Assembly (NCBI GenBank): GCA_963845065.1
Contig: CAWJQQ010000006.1
Span: 288,001-352,000, forward strand
Length of the DNA: 64,000 nucleotides
DNA from: Nitrospirota bacterium
GTDB taxonomy: Bacteria; Nitrospirota; UBA9217
Reading direction: 5' to 3'
The notes below the pieces were generated by a model that was not told the DNA's origin, ran no database searches, and saw nothing but the letters and a program-made list of their open reading frames with translations. The translations under genes and the position numbers were made by a program. Shown in pieces: positions 19,858 to 30,400 of this stretch. Every line of letters begins with the position of its first letter. Within the stretch, counting starts at the first letter, position 1.

Positions 19858-20541
19858 ATGGAAGATCTTTCTAAGTCGGATACATGGCGCGTATTCAGAA
19901 TCATGGCAGAACTTGTGGAAGGCTTTGAAGCAATGAACAACATTGGCCCTGCCGTGACCATCTTCGGAAGCGCTCGTTTGCAACCTGGTTCTCCCTATTA
20001 TAACAAGTGCCTGAAGGTCGCCGAAAATCTGGCAAAAGATGGCTTCGCCATAATTTCCGGTGGGGGCCCAGGCATCATGGAAGCCGCCAACAAAGGGGCA
20101 CAAAATGCCGATGGCACGTCGGTAGGCCTCAATATCGAGTTACCTACTGAGCAAACGCCAAACACGTATCTGGACGTGAAGGTTGAATTCCGTTACTTTT
20201 TCGTACGCAAGTTAATGTTTGTCAAGTATGCGGTCGCGTATGTTATCTTTCCTGGTGGTTTAGGCACCTTGGACGAGTTATTCGAGGCGCTCACGCTCAT
20301 CCAGACGAAGAAGATTAGGGGCTTTCCCATTGTTCTGGTGGGCAAAGATTACTGGAATGGGCTCATCAACTGGCTTAGGGATACAGTGCTCGAATCCGGC
20401 GCTGTCAGTCGTGAAGATATTGATCTCATGCATATTGTGGACGAACCGGAAGAGGTATGTGCAATTATCAACAAGCGTTACAAAGAACGCATCAGCGGCA
20501 CCCACATGGACAGGCGAGACAAAGCTCGAAAGGGTGTTTGA
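19858..20541 (+). CDS. LOG family (TIGR00730) nucleotide phosphoribohydrolase
   Basis: FGSAR, SGGGPGIMEAANKGA, FFVRKLMFVKY, PGGLGTLDELFE. Confidence 0.93.
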   Translation: MEDLSKSDTWRVFRIMAELVEGFEAMNNIGPAVTIFGSARLQPGSPYYNKCLKVAENLAKDGFAIISGGGPGIMEAANKGAQNADGTSVGLNIELPTEQTPNTYLDVKVEFRYFFVRKLMFVKYAVAYVIFPGGLGTLDELFEALTLIQTKKIRGFPIVLVGKDYWNGLINWLRDTVLESGAVSREDIDLMHIVDEPEEVCAIINKRYKERISGTHMDRRDKARKGV

Positions 20542-21148
20542 TTAATCCCGCTTCGCGTTCATCTTGTTAGTTTTTGATCGCGGCCTCAGCCGCTGCATAG
20601 CACGAATTCTCCGTAACCAACATTCAATGTTATCACTATTAATCATTTTAATGAGAATGAAGAATATGCTCAAAGCGACGAGAGTAAAGAGTGCCCCTTA
20701 ATTCGCTGCCTGAAAAAAGCGCCCTAGGGTGTCTAAATTCGTAGTCTCGCGTAAGAGACCACCATGGAAACAAAGGCAATGCTAGGAACAACCCCTTGTG
20801 TTTCATAATATAATCGTACCGTTTTACCGTCACAGCGTCGATCACTGCCTCAACCAGAGGACTACCCACAACCCTGCCAAGCTCGAACGCGACCACGACC
20901 CTAGAGTAAGCCCGATAGTCGAATACATAATCCCCTAGAATGCCCCAAAATGCATGTCTCCGGCACACAAGATCCGTACCTCTATCCTGGGATCGTTGCA
21001 ACAACAACCTGCAGCCCCTGCAGGGCCGATTAAAATGAACACTGAGAACTGCTTGAGGTCCACAATGAATTTGAGCAGCTGTTGACTGTCCCTGCCGAGG
21101 TCGAATCGGCCCTATTCAACGTTATCATCGAGAGTAAGTTCAAGAACT

Positions 21149-21439
21149 CTATTTTTTGAACAGTGAGTCGAGGGTTTTACGTGCTTTTTTTGCCGCCGTA
21201 TCCTCGGCGTTATCAGTAGGTCTCGAGTCACCAAACACGAAAAAATCACAGTAATTTGACTTGGATTTCCCATTCACCAGTTCTGCAACAGGTTCGCGGC
21301 ATTGCTTCGAGATATGAGAATCAAAATAAGAGCAGTTGAGGCAGCAATGAAGGTCAGCGTCGCAGGAGGGACAGGTATCCTTTCTGCCCACGTGTCTGTC
21401 GATGGACAACTCTTTTTTGCAGGCAAAGCATATCATCAC
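21149..21439 (-). CDS. Small Cys-rich (zinc-ribbon-like) conserved hypothetical protein
   Basis: CFAC..CPSC..CCLNC..CRE..NYCDFF; GTG/ATG start directly after a TTGTCA-N17-TACTAT promoter. Confidence 0.8.
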   Translation of the reverse strand: MMICFACKKELSIDRHVGRKDTCPSCDADLHCCLNCSYFDSHISKQCREPVAELVNGKSKSNYCDFFVFGDSRPTDNAEDTAAKKARKTLDSLFKK

Positions 21440-21559
21440 GAGAAGCATAGTATCGTATTAGAGGCACTATGACAAGCAAAAATAAGGGATAAGCTGGCAA
21501 GTTCTCAGGACATCGAAAATGCAGCTTTTTTATTGTCCTCCTCTCGAACTTGCCCACCT

Positions 21560-21882
21560 TCTTTTCGTACTAACCTGCCCCATCCCCCCACGTAGGAAAG
21601 TTTTGTTTTTACGCGACGCAAGCAAACTTAGATATCCCGAGGATTTTCCCAATACTAGAGGCGGGCGATGGCCATACAGAGAAACTGGTCGAGGCATAAG
21701 AGTGATTTCACTTTGTAGGTGCCTTTGCAACAATCGACACATTTGTGAAAATTATACGACGGGACAAAGTCCATAAGTTGAGCAAAGACGGTTCTGCCGG
21801 TATTCATGACAAACGACTCCTTCCGCTGGTATGCGAAAGTATAGCCTGTCAGCAGAATAAATTTCAAATCGAAAAGTTGCAT
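21560..21882 (-). pseudogene. Truncated IS4-family transposase remnant
   Basis: MNTGRTVFAQL..VKSLLCLDQFLCMAIARL*YWENPRDI*VCL..KLSYVG is colinear with the intact transposase at 49896; shares upstream ATGCAACTTTTCGATTTGAA. Confidence 0.9.
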
Positions 21883-22069
21883 TTAGGAAGAAATGTTCTT
21901 TTTTCCCCGACTGTTAAATAATATTCTCAACGCGACGCTGGTACACTTTCGATTTTTTTTGATGCAAATTGGACATTATTTCTGATATAATTAGTAATCT
22001 TTATTCCTTTTGCTTTTCTGATATTTATATTTCACATTCATTCAATAGAGAGAAGGAGGGACACAAAAA

Positions 22070-22414
22070 ATGGCCATGAAAATTATTATAGGAAATTTGG
22101 CGCCCGATATAACTGAAGAAGGTTTGAAAAATATTTTTGGCCAGATAGGTGCTGTCGAATCGGTTAAGATTAATACAGATCTGTTGTCCAGACGTCCAAA
22201 GGGTTCTGGCTATGTAGAAATGTCGCTCGACGTAGATGCTTTCCGTGCAATAAATTGCTTCAATGGCGCTTCATTAAAAAATAGGAAAATATCGCTTAAA
22301 GAGGCGTTGCCATTGCTCGAACAAGCTAAGTACCTTTTAAAGAATGCTTTACCGCCACAAGTCCAAAATTTTGGTTTTTCAATCAAAAGGGGAAAGACGA
22401 GGCGAGATCATTAG
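22070..22414 (+). CDS. RRM RNA-binding protein
   Basis: RNP2-like IIIGNL and RNP1-like KGSGYVEM; SD AGGAGG. Confidence 0.88.
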   Translation: MAMKIIIGNLAPDITEEGLKNIFGQIGAVESVKINTDLLSRRPKGSGYVEMSLDVDAFRAINCFNGASLKNRKISLKEALPLLEQAKYLLKNALPPQVQNFGFSIKRGKTRRDH

Positions 22415-22801
22415 ACAAAAGTCGAAGCATTATATCGAATTTTCACCCTGTTTTCCTAACTATACGGGCTACTCCGCACACTTCTAATATCGTATATTTT
22501 CTTGCCAGTCTGATCAACTTTTAATACTATAGGATGATACTTTTACTTTGCCTTTCCGGTCATTATCCTTCACCATTATTTTCACAGTTTTAATATGCTA
22601 CATTTTGCGTATTTTACTGGTTTATATGATTTATATTTGAGCAGCAAGATGGATATGAGTCGATTTTGTGTTTAGTATTCTTTTTCTTTAGTGAAGTCGT
22701 CGAAGGCTTCAAAAATATGGGAATCTGATTTTCTCCGTTTTTATTTTTGAAATGAAGAAACGTGGGAATATGATATACTGGAAACAAGAGAGGTTAATAT
22801 T

Positions 22802-23206
22802 ATGTCATTGGTCGAACTACTTTTGGCAATAGGTGTTGTGTCCTTTATTCTTTTTGCATTCTTCAATATTTTTTATATTATTGAAATGAGAAGGACGAGT
22901 TGGGCCATGCGGCATCTCATTGAAAGAGCAGAAGGAAACCTCCACCCTGCGCTTGCAGCGATGAGATATGTATTCGAAGATATCAAGACAATAACCAATA
23001 ATGCTGTAGCTCTCTCGAAGAGTCTGCGTGAAGCTGTTGAGGCATTGACAGCAGCACAGAATTCGATAAAGGATATTTACCAGTCTTATGAAGAAAATTT
23101 AGATAAATCAGTGCGTGCAAATGTATCCGGGCTGAAGGCCGGTATCAAAACAGGGGTTGTAACCTTGTTGAGTAACTTGAAAGACAAGAAGGAGGGATTA
23201 TCATGA
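22802..23206 (+). CDS. Membrane-anchored coiled-coil protein (DUF948/YoxC-like)
   Basis: N-terminal TM followed by heptad helix; ATGA overlap with the YtxH gene, the usual pairing. Confidence 0.7.
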   Translation: MSLVELLLAIGVVSFILFAFFNIFYIIEMRRTSWAMRHLIERAEGNLHPALAAMRYVFEDIKTITNNAVALSKSLREAVEALTAAQNSIKDIYQSYEENLDKSVRANVSGLKAGIKTGVVTLLSNLKDKKEGLS

Positions 23207-23484
23207 AAGAAGAAACGATCACAAAAGAGCGTTCTATCGTTGTTCCTTTTTTAGTCGGCGGTATTGTGGGAGCGGCTCTCGGGCTTTTGTTTGCGCCAAG
23301 AGCGGGGAGGGAAGTAAGAAAACAAATTAAAGATCTCGCGGTTGATGGCAAAGAGAAGTTCGCTTCTGCTGTTGGCAAAAGTCGAGAATTCTATACTGAA
23401 ACAATTACGGCTGTAAACAGCGCCATCGATGCGGGAAAACAGGCCTACATTCAAGAAAGAGATAAAGTCGAGATGGCACACTAG
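23203..23484 (+). CDS. YtxH domain protein
   Basis: FLVGGIVGAALGLLFAPRAGREVRKQI. Confidence 0.9.
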   Translation: MKEETITKERSIVVPFLVGGIVGAALGLLFAPRAGREVRKQIKDLAVDGKEKFASAVGKSREFYTETITAVNSAIDAGKQAYIQERDKVEMAH

Positions 23485-23518
23485 CAAGCCTGTTTCGTGA
23501 AATGCAGTATTTTAACAA

Positions 23519-23551
23519 AGGACGCCAGACAACGCGGCGTCCTATTTTTTT
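23519..23551 (+). terminator. Terminator after the YtxH gene
   Basis: AGGACGCC/GGCGTCCT stem plus T tract. Confidence 0.75.
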
Positions 23552-23792
23552 ACTCAATATTCAATCAATTTTCATCTCATATCCATGTTCCGAGGTTCCG
23601 AGTTTTTTGTTGTATCAATAACAAATCATCGAAAAAGTCTCGGCAGATTTAAAAAGGCCCTTCTTAGAAAAAACCAGTGCACTGACAGACTGCGCTTTGC
23701 GAGGCTCCGAGCCTAAAAAATATATTTGCTCAGAACAGATTCTATGCCTGTCCATTATCTGCAATTTGGGATACGACACAAATGGGTGGTAT

Positions 23793-25079
23793 TCAACGTC
23801 TCAAAGAATGGAGGTCGATGGGCGGAGGCACGGCAAATTCCTGAGCCCGCTTGCAGGCCATAACCGCTACTTCAATCAGCCTTTGTTCACTATCAATGTT
23901 ATTATCAGGGAGGCCTGCGACACCGATGCTCATAGTAACCTGAGTTGCATCGGGCCAGGTGAAGGGGTGTGTCGCCACAGCTTCAAGCGTCCGCGCCGCC
24001 GCCTGCATGGCGTCATTACGTATCGTGTTCGGGAGCAGTACGATGAATGATTCGCCTGACCACCAAGCAGCTGTATCCACCTCACGAATGGTTTTTTGGA
24101 CAAGATTGATGATTGCCTTGACGAGGGCCTCATCAGCCTTGCGTCCAAGCTTATGGCCATCCAAGTTAATCAGCATGCAGCTCATCTGCTGCTTAAAGCG
24201 GACCGCACGCTTGAACTCCTTTGAAAACATGACCTCGAATTGGGGACGCCCAAAGAGCCCTGTGGCAGGATCAATTACGGCATCGCCCGTTACCCTAAAG
24301 GCAAGTATGGGAGATGATTCAGCAGTTGCGTTTGCCAAATTTAATTCCAGGCCTGTATTTAGATCCGGTCCTCGCACTTTGCTCTCCCCGTTTTGTTGCG
24401 CCGAAATCGCTGTCATTTTCGATTGTTTGGTCGATCCTGGATGCAATTCCGAAATCGACCGCAGCGCTGACCGCGGCGTGGAGACATTCTTGAGCACTGG
24501 TCTTCGTTCCCTGTCCTTTTCCGGAAAAGTAGCCGGATTTCCTGTTGACAACAGATCGGCCTGTCGGAGATTCTTTTCCCCCGCTTTCGATACAAGTTTC
24601 AAATCAGGTTTCATTGCCAGCTGTTCGACTATGACTAGCTGTGGCACTCGCTCAGGCTTTTGTGTTAGTGAGGAAAAAGGTTCCTCAAACCTCTCTATCT
24701 GAGCTCTATTTTCTAGGACCGTAGTAATTTGAACGTCAAGTTCACTCTCTCGGTAAGGCTTCGCGAGATAGGCATCCGGCCCCCAGTACGTCCTGCTATA
24801 GTCGCGCTCAGGTAGGTCCCCATTGGCAGTGAGCAAGATTATCGGAGTAGAATGCGTATCCTTCCGCTGCCGGAATTGGCGGCACAGATCGAGGCCTTCA
24901 ATGTCCAGTAGCGATACGTCGAGTACGATCAGATCAACGGTCTCCTTTGCTGCCATCACGAGCGCAGTCAGCCCCGACCCAGCCAAAATGACCTCGTGGC
25001 CCCTCTCCTCCAGATAACGCTTAGTTCCATTTCCCTGCGTCTCAGAAGATTGTATAAGCAATATAGTCTTCTTTTCCAT
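23793..25079 (-). CDS. REC + low-complexity linker + degenerate GGDEF protein
   Basis: REC (DLIVLDV..GLDLC..PIILLTA..YLAKPY); DPATGLFGR; REVD-x5-SGESF in place of GGDEF; start uncertain (25079-25115). Confidence 0.85.
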   Translation of the reverse strand: MEKKTILLIQSSETQGNGTKRYLEERGHEVILAGSGLTALVMAAKETVDLIVLDVSLLDIEGLDLCRQFRQRKDTHSTPIILLTANGDLPERDYSRTYWGPDAYLAKPYRESELDVQITTVLENRAQIERFEEPFSSLTQKPERVPQLVIVEQLAMKPDLKLVSKAGEKNLRQADLLSTGNPATFPEKDRERRPVLKNVSTPRSALRSISELHPGSTKQSKMTAISAQQNGESKVRGPDLNTGLELNLANATAESSPILAFRVTGDAVIDPATGLFGRPQFEVMFSKEFKRAVRFKQQMSCMLINLDGHKLGRKADEALVKAIINLVQKTIREVDTAAWWSGESFIVLLPNTIRNDAMQAAARTLEAVATHPFTWPDATQVTMSIGVAGLPDNNIDSEQRLIEVAVMACKRAQEFAVPPPIDLHSLRR

Positions 25080-25363
25080 AACGACCGGCATGCAAAATCC
25101 CTGGACGAGAGCCATCCTGCTTCTTTCCCTTCATGAGCGTAAAGTGATCATTGGGAATACAAGATCCTGTGTTTTAGTTAATACCGCATCTTACCCATAA
25201 AAAATACTACAAACCAACATTAAATGTCAAGTATTTTTATAAGTATTTTTAAAGTATTCATTTCACAAAATCACATAAAATTGATAGATTCTATTAATAT
25301 CTAAATCGGGACAGCTAATAACATAAAATAATGCAAAAAGTAGCACTTGGGGGTGGAAATCAC

Positions 25364-25396
25364 AAAAAAACCCCTGCTGGAAAAATCCAACAGGGG
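25364..25396 (-). terminator. Terminator after fhs
   Basis: CCCCTG(C)TGGA/TCCA(A)CAGGGG stem plus U7 on the minus strand. Confidence 0.8.
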
Positions 25397-25425
25397 CCTC
25401 TGAAAAATTAAAGATTGCATCTTTC

Positions 25426-27189
25426 TTAGAATACGCCCTGCACCTTGCCGGTCTCGACGTCCACATCCACGCGGCGGTAAGCCGGGTCGGATGAGGTTCC
25501 AGGCATGAGCGTGATGGTACCGGCTACAGGGACCACAAAGCCTGCGCCCTTATAGATCAGGATATCGCGGATGCGAAGTTTCCAACCCTTGGGAACACCT
25601 TTCACGTTCGGGTTGTCCGTAAGTGAGAGGTGGGTCTTCACCATGCACGTACCGAGCTTGGCAATCTCTGGATCAGCCTCCATCTTTTTGGCCTTTGCCT
25701 CTGCTTCTGGTGTATAATCTACTCCGTCTGCTCCGTATACTTCCGTTGCGATTAGCTCGATGCGTTTACGGAGTGGAGTACTAAGATCATAGAGAAGCTT
25801 GAAGTCATTCTTTTCATTGCAAGCGTCGATGACGGCATCAGCGAACTCCAGCGCTCCATCACCTCCCTTTTCCCAATGCTTCGACAGTGCAACGCGGGCG
25901 CCTGCAGCTTCGGCGAGACGACGCACAGTCTTAATTTCGTGGTCCGTGTCGGTGTAGAAGGCATTGATGCAGACCACGGGGTTGATGCCCGCTTTCTTTA
26001 CGGTTTTGATATGATGGATCAAGTTGTCGCAGCCCTTCTCGACCCATGCCACGTTCTCACCCTTGTACTCCGCGGGCAAGGGCTTTCCCGGCACCGGAAT
26101 GGGCGCGCCGCCGTGGCACTTGAGCGCCCGAATCGTGGCAACGATGACGGCCGCATGGGGCTTAAGACCCGATATGCGGCACTTGAGGTTCCAGAATTTT
26201 TCGAAGCCTATGTCAGCAGCAAAACCGGATTCGGTGACTATGTAGTCACCCAGCTTGAGTGCGACACGATCTGCAATAATCGAGGACTGGCCGATGGCAA
26301 TATTTGCGAATGGTCCGGCATGCACAAAACACGGCTGGCCTTCGATGGTCTGAAGCAGATTAGGGTTCAGGGCCTCGACCATCCAGGCTGTCATGGCGCC
26401 GGCCACGTTGAGATCGGTGGTCGTGATCGGCGTGCCATCCTTGCTGTAGGCAACGACGATCCGTCCCATGCGTTCGCGCATGTCCTTCAAGTCCCTGGAA
26501 ACGGCCAGGATCGCCATTACTTCCGAAGATACAGCAATCGCGAAGCCAGACTTCATCATGAAACCATTCGATTTGCCACCCATGCCGATGATAATTTCAC
26601 GGAGTGTCTGGGCGCAGAAGTCGATGATCCACTTCATCTCCACATTGTGAGGATCGATGTTGAGCCTCTTCAGTTTTCGCTTGGCAAGCTGCTCGTCGCT
26701 ATAATTGAATTCGTGCTGCATGCGCGAAGTGAGCGCAACCATCGCCAAGTTATGAGCATTCATAATGGCGTTGATGTCTCCTGTAAGACCGAGCGAGAAC
26801 GGCGTCAGTGGGATGACTTGCGATAGGCCGCCTCCCGCTGCTGAACCTTTGATGTTCATAGTCGGGCCGCCTGATGGCTGGCGAATTGCGCAGATCACAT
26901 TCTTACCGCGTTTTCCAAGTCCCTGGGTTAGTCCGATTGTCGAAGTCGATTTGCCCTCGCCCAAGGGTGTAGGTGTGATGGCCGTCACATCGATATACTT
27001 GCCGTCCGGTTTACCATCAAACCGCTTCAGGACCTTCTTGAAGTCCACCTTTGCGATGAAGTGGCCGTAGGGCAATAACTCATCCTTGGTGAGCCCCATC
27101 TTCTCCGCAATCTCCGCAATCGGCTTCATCCTCTTTTCTGAATCTTCCGCAATTTCCCAGTCCACATGCTTTGTTGGATCCAGTACCAT
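25426..27189 (-). CDS. fhs: Formate--tetrahydrofolate ligase
   Basis: [48 protein letters not shown]. Confidence 0.97.
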   Translation of the reverse strand: MVLDPTKHVDWEIAEDSEKRMKPIAEIAEKMGLTKDELLPYGHFIAKVDFKKVLKRFDGKPDGKYIDVTAITPTPLGEGKSTSTIGLTQGLGKRGKNVICAIRQPSGGPTMNIKGSAAGGGLSQVIPLTPFSLGLTGDINAIMNAHNLAMVALTSRMQHEFNYSDEQLAKRKLKRLNIDPHNVEMKWIIDFCAQTLREIIIGMGGKSNGFMMKSGFAIAVSSEVMAILAVSRDLKDMRERMGRIVVAYSKDGTPITTTDLNVAGAMTAWMVEALNPNLLQTIEGQPCFVHAGPFANIAIGQSSIIADRVALKLGDYIVTESGFAADIGFEKFWNLKCRISGLKPHAAVIVATIRALKCHGGAPIPVPGKPLPAEYKGENVAWVEKGCDNLIHHIKTVKKAGINPVVCINAFYTDTDHEIKTVRRLAEAAGARVALSKHWEKGGDGALEFADAVIDACNEKNDFKLLYDLSTPLRKRIELIATEVYGADGVDYTPEAEAKAKKMEADPEIAKLGTCMVKTHLSLTDNPNVKGVPKGWKLRIRDILIYKGAGFVVPVAGTITLMPGTSSDPAYRRVDVDVETGKVQGVF

Positions 27190-27343
27190 TCTGTGCCTCC
27201 TATTCTTTCTATAAAATTATGTTAATGCATCCGCAACAATACTGAAAGTTGCCCAGTTCACATTTCATAGCGGAAAAATGAGCACATCGGATATTACACC
27301 ATGAACGTTGCCCCCGCCGTTGTGATTAGTGTCTTTCACTTCA

Positions 27344-27540
27344 TCAAGAACGGATCAGGAGGTTCACTGGTTTGTCATCCATGGAGTGCACATTTTTGCT
27401 GGCATGTCGTGCAATTGTTTGCATAATTTTATACATCGTTGCCGGGTCGCTCTTATTTAGAACCTTGAACTTATCAGTCGTAAAGAGATAAACATCCGTC
27501 GACTCGATTGCCATCGCGTCGGCTCCATGCGACTTCGACC
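27344..27540 (-). pseudogene. C-terminal fragment of a cyclic-nucleotide-binding domain protein
   Basis: SHGADAMAIESTDVYLFTTDKFKVLNKSDPATMYKIMQTIARHASKNVHSMD resembles the end of a cNMP beta-barrel plus C-helix; no N-terminus. Confidence 0.6.
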
Positions 27541-27919
27541 GGTGTAATGCCGTACGCACCTGCACAATTAACTTTCTCCACAGTAAATTTGAGATCTTCA
27601 GACATATCCTTATCAGCAGGAATGGCCAGTTCTTTAAGCAGGCTGTTGATCAGCCGCTCAGAACCTTTGACGTGGCATGCTGTGCCGCAACACGCAGTGA
27701 TTTCGTTCTTACCCTTGGATTTAGAAGATACTGGGCAGAAAAGGTGGCGATTCCAGAAAATTTTTTCAACGGCACATCAAGCCTCTCTAAAAACTGGTAA
27801 ATCGCATCCTCAAGGAGAAAGCTAAATTCGTTCTCGATATCTTGCTGGGTCGAGATGAAATTTCCCTCGTTTTCCCCGAATCCCCCGAGTATTCGTTCCA
27901 GTGTTCTTCCATCGTCCAT
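27536..27919 (-). pseudogene. NuoE/HydC-like [2Fe-2S] subunit, frameshifted and truncated
   Basis: GNFISTQQDIENEFSFL..GIATFSAQY..PR, frameshift near 27712, then GKNEITACCGTACHVKGSERLI..FTVEKVNCAGAYGITPV (fourth Cys replaced by Tyr). Confidence 0.88.
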
Positions 27920-28035
27920 CCTCTTAAGACAACAAAGGCCGCCATCAATATGAATCCGGCAGCCGCGTCATGCTTTGCCATATGGTGGTCGTGGTGTGAT
28001 TCGTGGTGTGCGATATAGTACACACCCGGCCTTCG

Positions 28036-28065
28036 AAAAATCAGGCGCCCAAAGGGGCGCCTGAT
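28036..28065 (-). terminator. Terminator after acsB
   Basis: ATCAGGCGCCC/GGGCGCCTGAT perfect stem plus U tract. Confidence 0.85.
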
Positions 28066-28084
28066 ATTGCTACCTGTTTTGGAA

Positions 28085-30286
28085 TTAGAACATTGATTCC
28101 ATCGTGAGTGCAGGATGGCTTTTTTCTGTTAGGTATGCAACCAGCTTTTCCGAATCCTCAGCAACCGTCTCGTCAGCAATCTTGTCGAGGAGATCGGGTA
28201 CGCCTTCTTCCTCACTGCGCTTCTTAAACTGATCCGCAAAGGACTCTTTGAGATTCTTGGTCATCCAGACAATGCGCTTGAATCCGCCTTCGGCAGAAAG
28301 AAACTTCTTGCTCGTAAGGAAGTATCGTCCGATACCCATAAAGCCCGGGCTCTGCGCTCCGCCACCAACAGTGCCTGCAAGGGTCGAGAACTTCATGCCA
28401 ATAGGAGTCATGCCAGTGTAGCCCCGGTTCACCACCATCACTCCGTTGGCCTCTGGCACGATAGCCACGATGCATTCGAAGCATCCGCATGAGGTCATCG
28501 GCGCATCCATGATGCTGTAGGCATTGAAGTATTCGAGCGCCTGGTGGGAATTCTTGTATACGTAGTCGTCTACGCCGGTCCAGCGCCCCTTCACCGCGTC
28601 CTTTGTCTCCCCCTTCATAACAGGCTGATTCGCGCCGTTCGGGTCGATTTCGAAAGCTGCTTTGGCATCAAGCCAGTTGTAAGCACCGCAGAGGCCGAGC
28701 CGTTCCGGCGATACGACGCAGACGTGGTTCGGTGCAAAGCTCTGGCACAGGATGCAAGAGTAAAAGGTGTCCACTGACTCATCCGTCATGGAGGCGAGGC
28801 GTACATCGCGCTCGAGGTATGCTTTCTGAGCATCGGCCTGCAGTTTTTTGACATCGGCATCATCCACGTAGAGAGTCACCTGGACCTTGTCGACGATATT
28901 GTTGAACTTATGTTTGAGCTGGGTCGATAGGATGTCGCCGAAATGTTTAAGCACGAAGCCTTCCTTGAGGGCGTTAGTACTGACCCGAAGCCAGTTCTGG
29001 TCGCGCTGGCCCATGTGCCAGATACCCTGCGCTTCGTTAACGAAATGGTGGATCTTGCGTTCGAGCACCGGCTCGAAGTCCTTCTGCATCTTACGGCCTG
29101 CTACCTCAATGAGCATTCCCAATGGCATCTGGCCACCTTTTTGATATCTGGCCTCGGCGTCCTTACCGACGATGATCACCTTGCCGTCTTCGACCTTATC
29201 GAGGCCTAAGGTACGGAGCCACTCGAAGGCAGGCGTGCGCTGGCCGCCGAATTCGATGTGCATGTCTTCCTTGCGGATGCGTTCGCCCTCGAATGCAGGG
29301 CCGAAAGCAACCGGGATTGGCGGCTTTGAGACTGTGATCTTGAGACCGCGTACTTCAAAGCACCTCTGCACAAGTTTCTTAGGGTCAAGCTCTTTTTCGA
29401 CCTCCTCATAGATCGTAACGCCGGTCGGATGCACCACCGGGATGTCGGTATTCGCGATAGCCGGGAAGCCCATGTTGATCGCGCCCGCTCCCGTTGTCCA
29501 AATCCGGTCATTGAGCGGCCCCAAGACCAGTGCGAAGGCAAATACTTTATCCTTGGAGTACTTGAGGATCTTCTTATAATCTCCACCTTTCATACCGCCA
29601 AAGGTGATTCCGGCGCGGGCTGCCCAGTGCAGAGCGTATATGGCATGCTCCACTTCCGGACCTAAAGGTACAAGTCGTGTGTCCCATCCGAGTTGTACAC
29701 CTTTGCGGAGGAGCTGCTTGGTAAAACTATTGCCGTTTACGTTACCGCACATGAGAGTAAGGATATTCTTCTGCTGGAGATCTCGAGCCATCTCGAGGGC
29801 CTGTTCATCGCTGTCCGCTGCACCGATGATACAGACGTAACCAGGCATGGATCCGTCCACGAGTTGTACACCGAGATTCCTGAGGATTGTGTCGGAAATG
29901 AACCCATTGTAGGTGAGGCCGATGGAATCGTCTTTCACCGGCTCTTGGCCATAAATGTAACGGATGGCCATGATCATCTCCTGAGCAAAGAGGGTTGCCA
30001 TACCGGCATCCAAAGCTTCTCCAAGAAACGGTTTGTACAGTTTGTCCTCAGGTGCGTTCGTAAGGAGCGGCTTCACATGCTTCTCGAGGGCAGTCTTCAT
30101 GTCCCCGACAGTTCTCACCTCAAACCCGGTCATAGTGAACATCTGCGGGAGGAAATAGGCCGTGTCCGGAAACTCGAATTTGAAATCCGCGCCTTTTTCG
30201 CTGATGGCCTTCTCAACGAGGGCTTCTGCCTGCTTGACATAATAGTGCGAGCCTAGTATGGCTCCAGTGGCAATAATTTTTGACAT
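28085..30286 (-). CDS. acsB: Acetyl-CoA synthase (bacterial AcsB)
   Basis: FPDTAYFLP, FYSCILCQSFAPNHVC..RLGLCGA, PMTSCGCFECI (A-cluster ligands). Confidence 0.97.
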   Translation of the reverse strand: MSKIIATGAILGSHYYVKQAEALVEKAISEKGADFKFEFPDTAYFLPQMFTMTGFEVRTVGDMKTALEKHVKPLLTNAPEDKLYKPFLGEALDAGMATLFAQEMIMAIRYIYGQEPVKDDSIGLTYNGFISDTILRNLGVQLVDGSMPGYVCIIGAADSDEQALEMARDLQQKNILTLMCGNVNGNSFTKQLLRKGVQLGWDTRLVPLGPEVEHAIYALHWAARAGITFGGMKGGDYKKILKYSKDKVFAFALVLGPLNDRIWTTGAGAINMGFPAIANTDIPVVHPTGVTIYEEVEKELDPKKLVQRCFEVRGLKITVSKPPIPVAFGPAFEGERIRKEDMHIEFGGQRTPAFEWLRTLGLDKVEDGKVIIVGKDAEARYQKGGQMPLGMLIEVAGRKMQKDFEPVLERKIHHFVNEAQGIWHMGQRDQNWLRVSTNALKEGFVLKHFGDILSTQLKHKFNNIVDKVQVTLYVDDADVKKLQADAQKAYLERDVRLASMTDESVDTFYSCILCQSFAPNHVCVVSPERLGLCGAYNWLDAKAAFEIDPNGANQPVMKGETKDAVKGRWTGVDDYVYKNSHQALEYFNAYSIMDAPMTSCGCFECIVAIVPEANGVMVVNRGYTGMTPIGMKFSTLAGTVGGGAQSPGFMGIGRYFLTSKKFLSAEGGFKRIVWMTKNLKESFADQFKKRSEEEGVPDLLDKIADETVAEDSEKLVAYLTEKSHPALTMESMF

Positions 30287-30312
30287 AAGTCGCTCCTTTT
30301 TATCGCTTTTTT

Positions 30313-30393
30313 TACCGCGAATTCGCGGAGTTCGCCGAGGATGTCACGAGTCGCCCAGATTTTTTCTCTGCGCTCCCGGCTTCCTCTGCGGTT
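30313..30393. repeat. REP-like imperfect palindrome (copy B)
   Basis: TACCGCGAATTCGCGGAGTTCGCCGAG ... CTCTGCGCTCCCGGCTTCCTCTGCGGTT between acsC and acsB. Confidence 0.6.
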
Positions 30394-30400
30394 ACTGTTT

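Noticed and set aside
20648..21130. 119-aa minus-strand ORF or degraded membrane-protein gene
   Set aside because: No SD and no family I can support; may be a decayed gene, which needs a BLASTX search.
25229..25259. Three AAGTATT(TTT) repeats near the REC-GGDEF promoter
   Set aside because: Low-complexity AT-rich context; cannot be distinguished from chance.
25876..26826. 316-aa plus-strand ORF
   Set aside because: Antisense to fhs; explained by codon bias.
27190..27343. Possible ZTP or THF riboswitch upstream of fhs; TGAA(A/C)GTTGCCC direct repeat
   Set aside because: Riboswitch consensus elements not found by eye; a two-copy 12-mer is too weak.
27787..28023. His-rich 78-aa ORF as a nickel chaperone
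   Set aside because: Starts just past the acsB terminator without an SD and runs out of frame into the nuoE relic; likely spurious.
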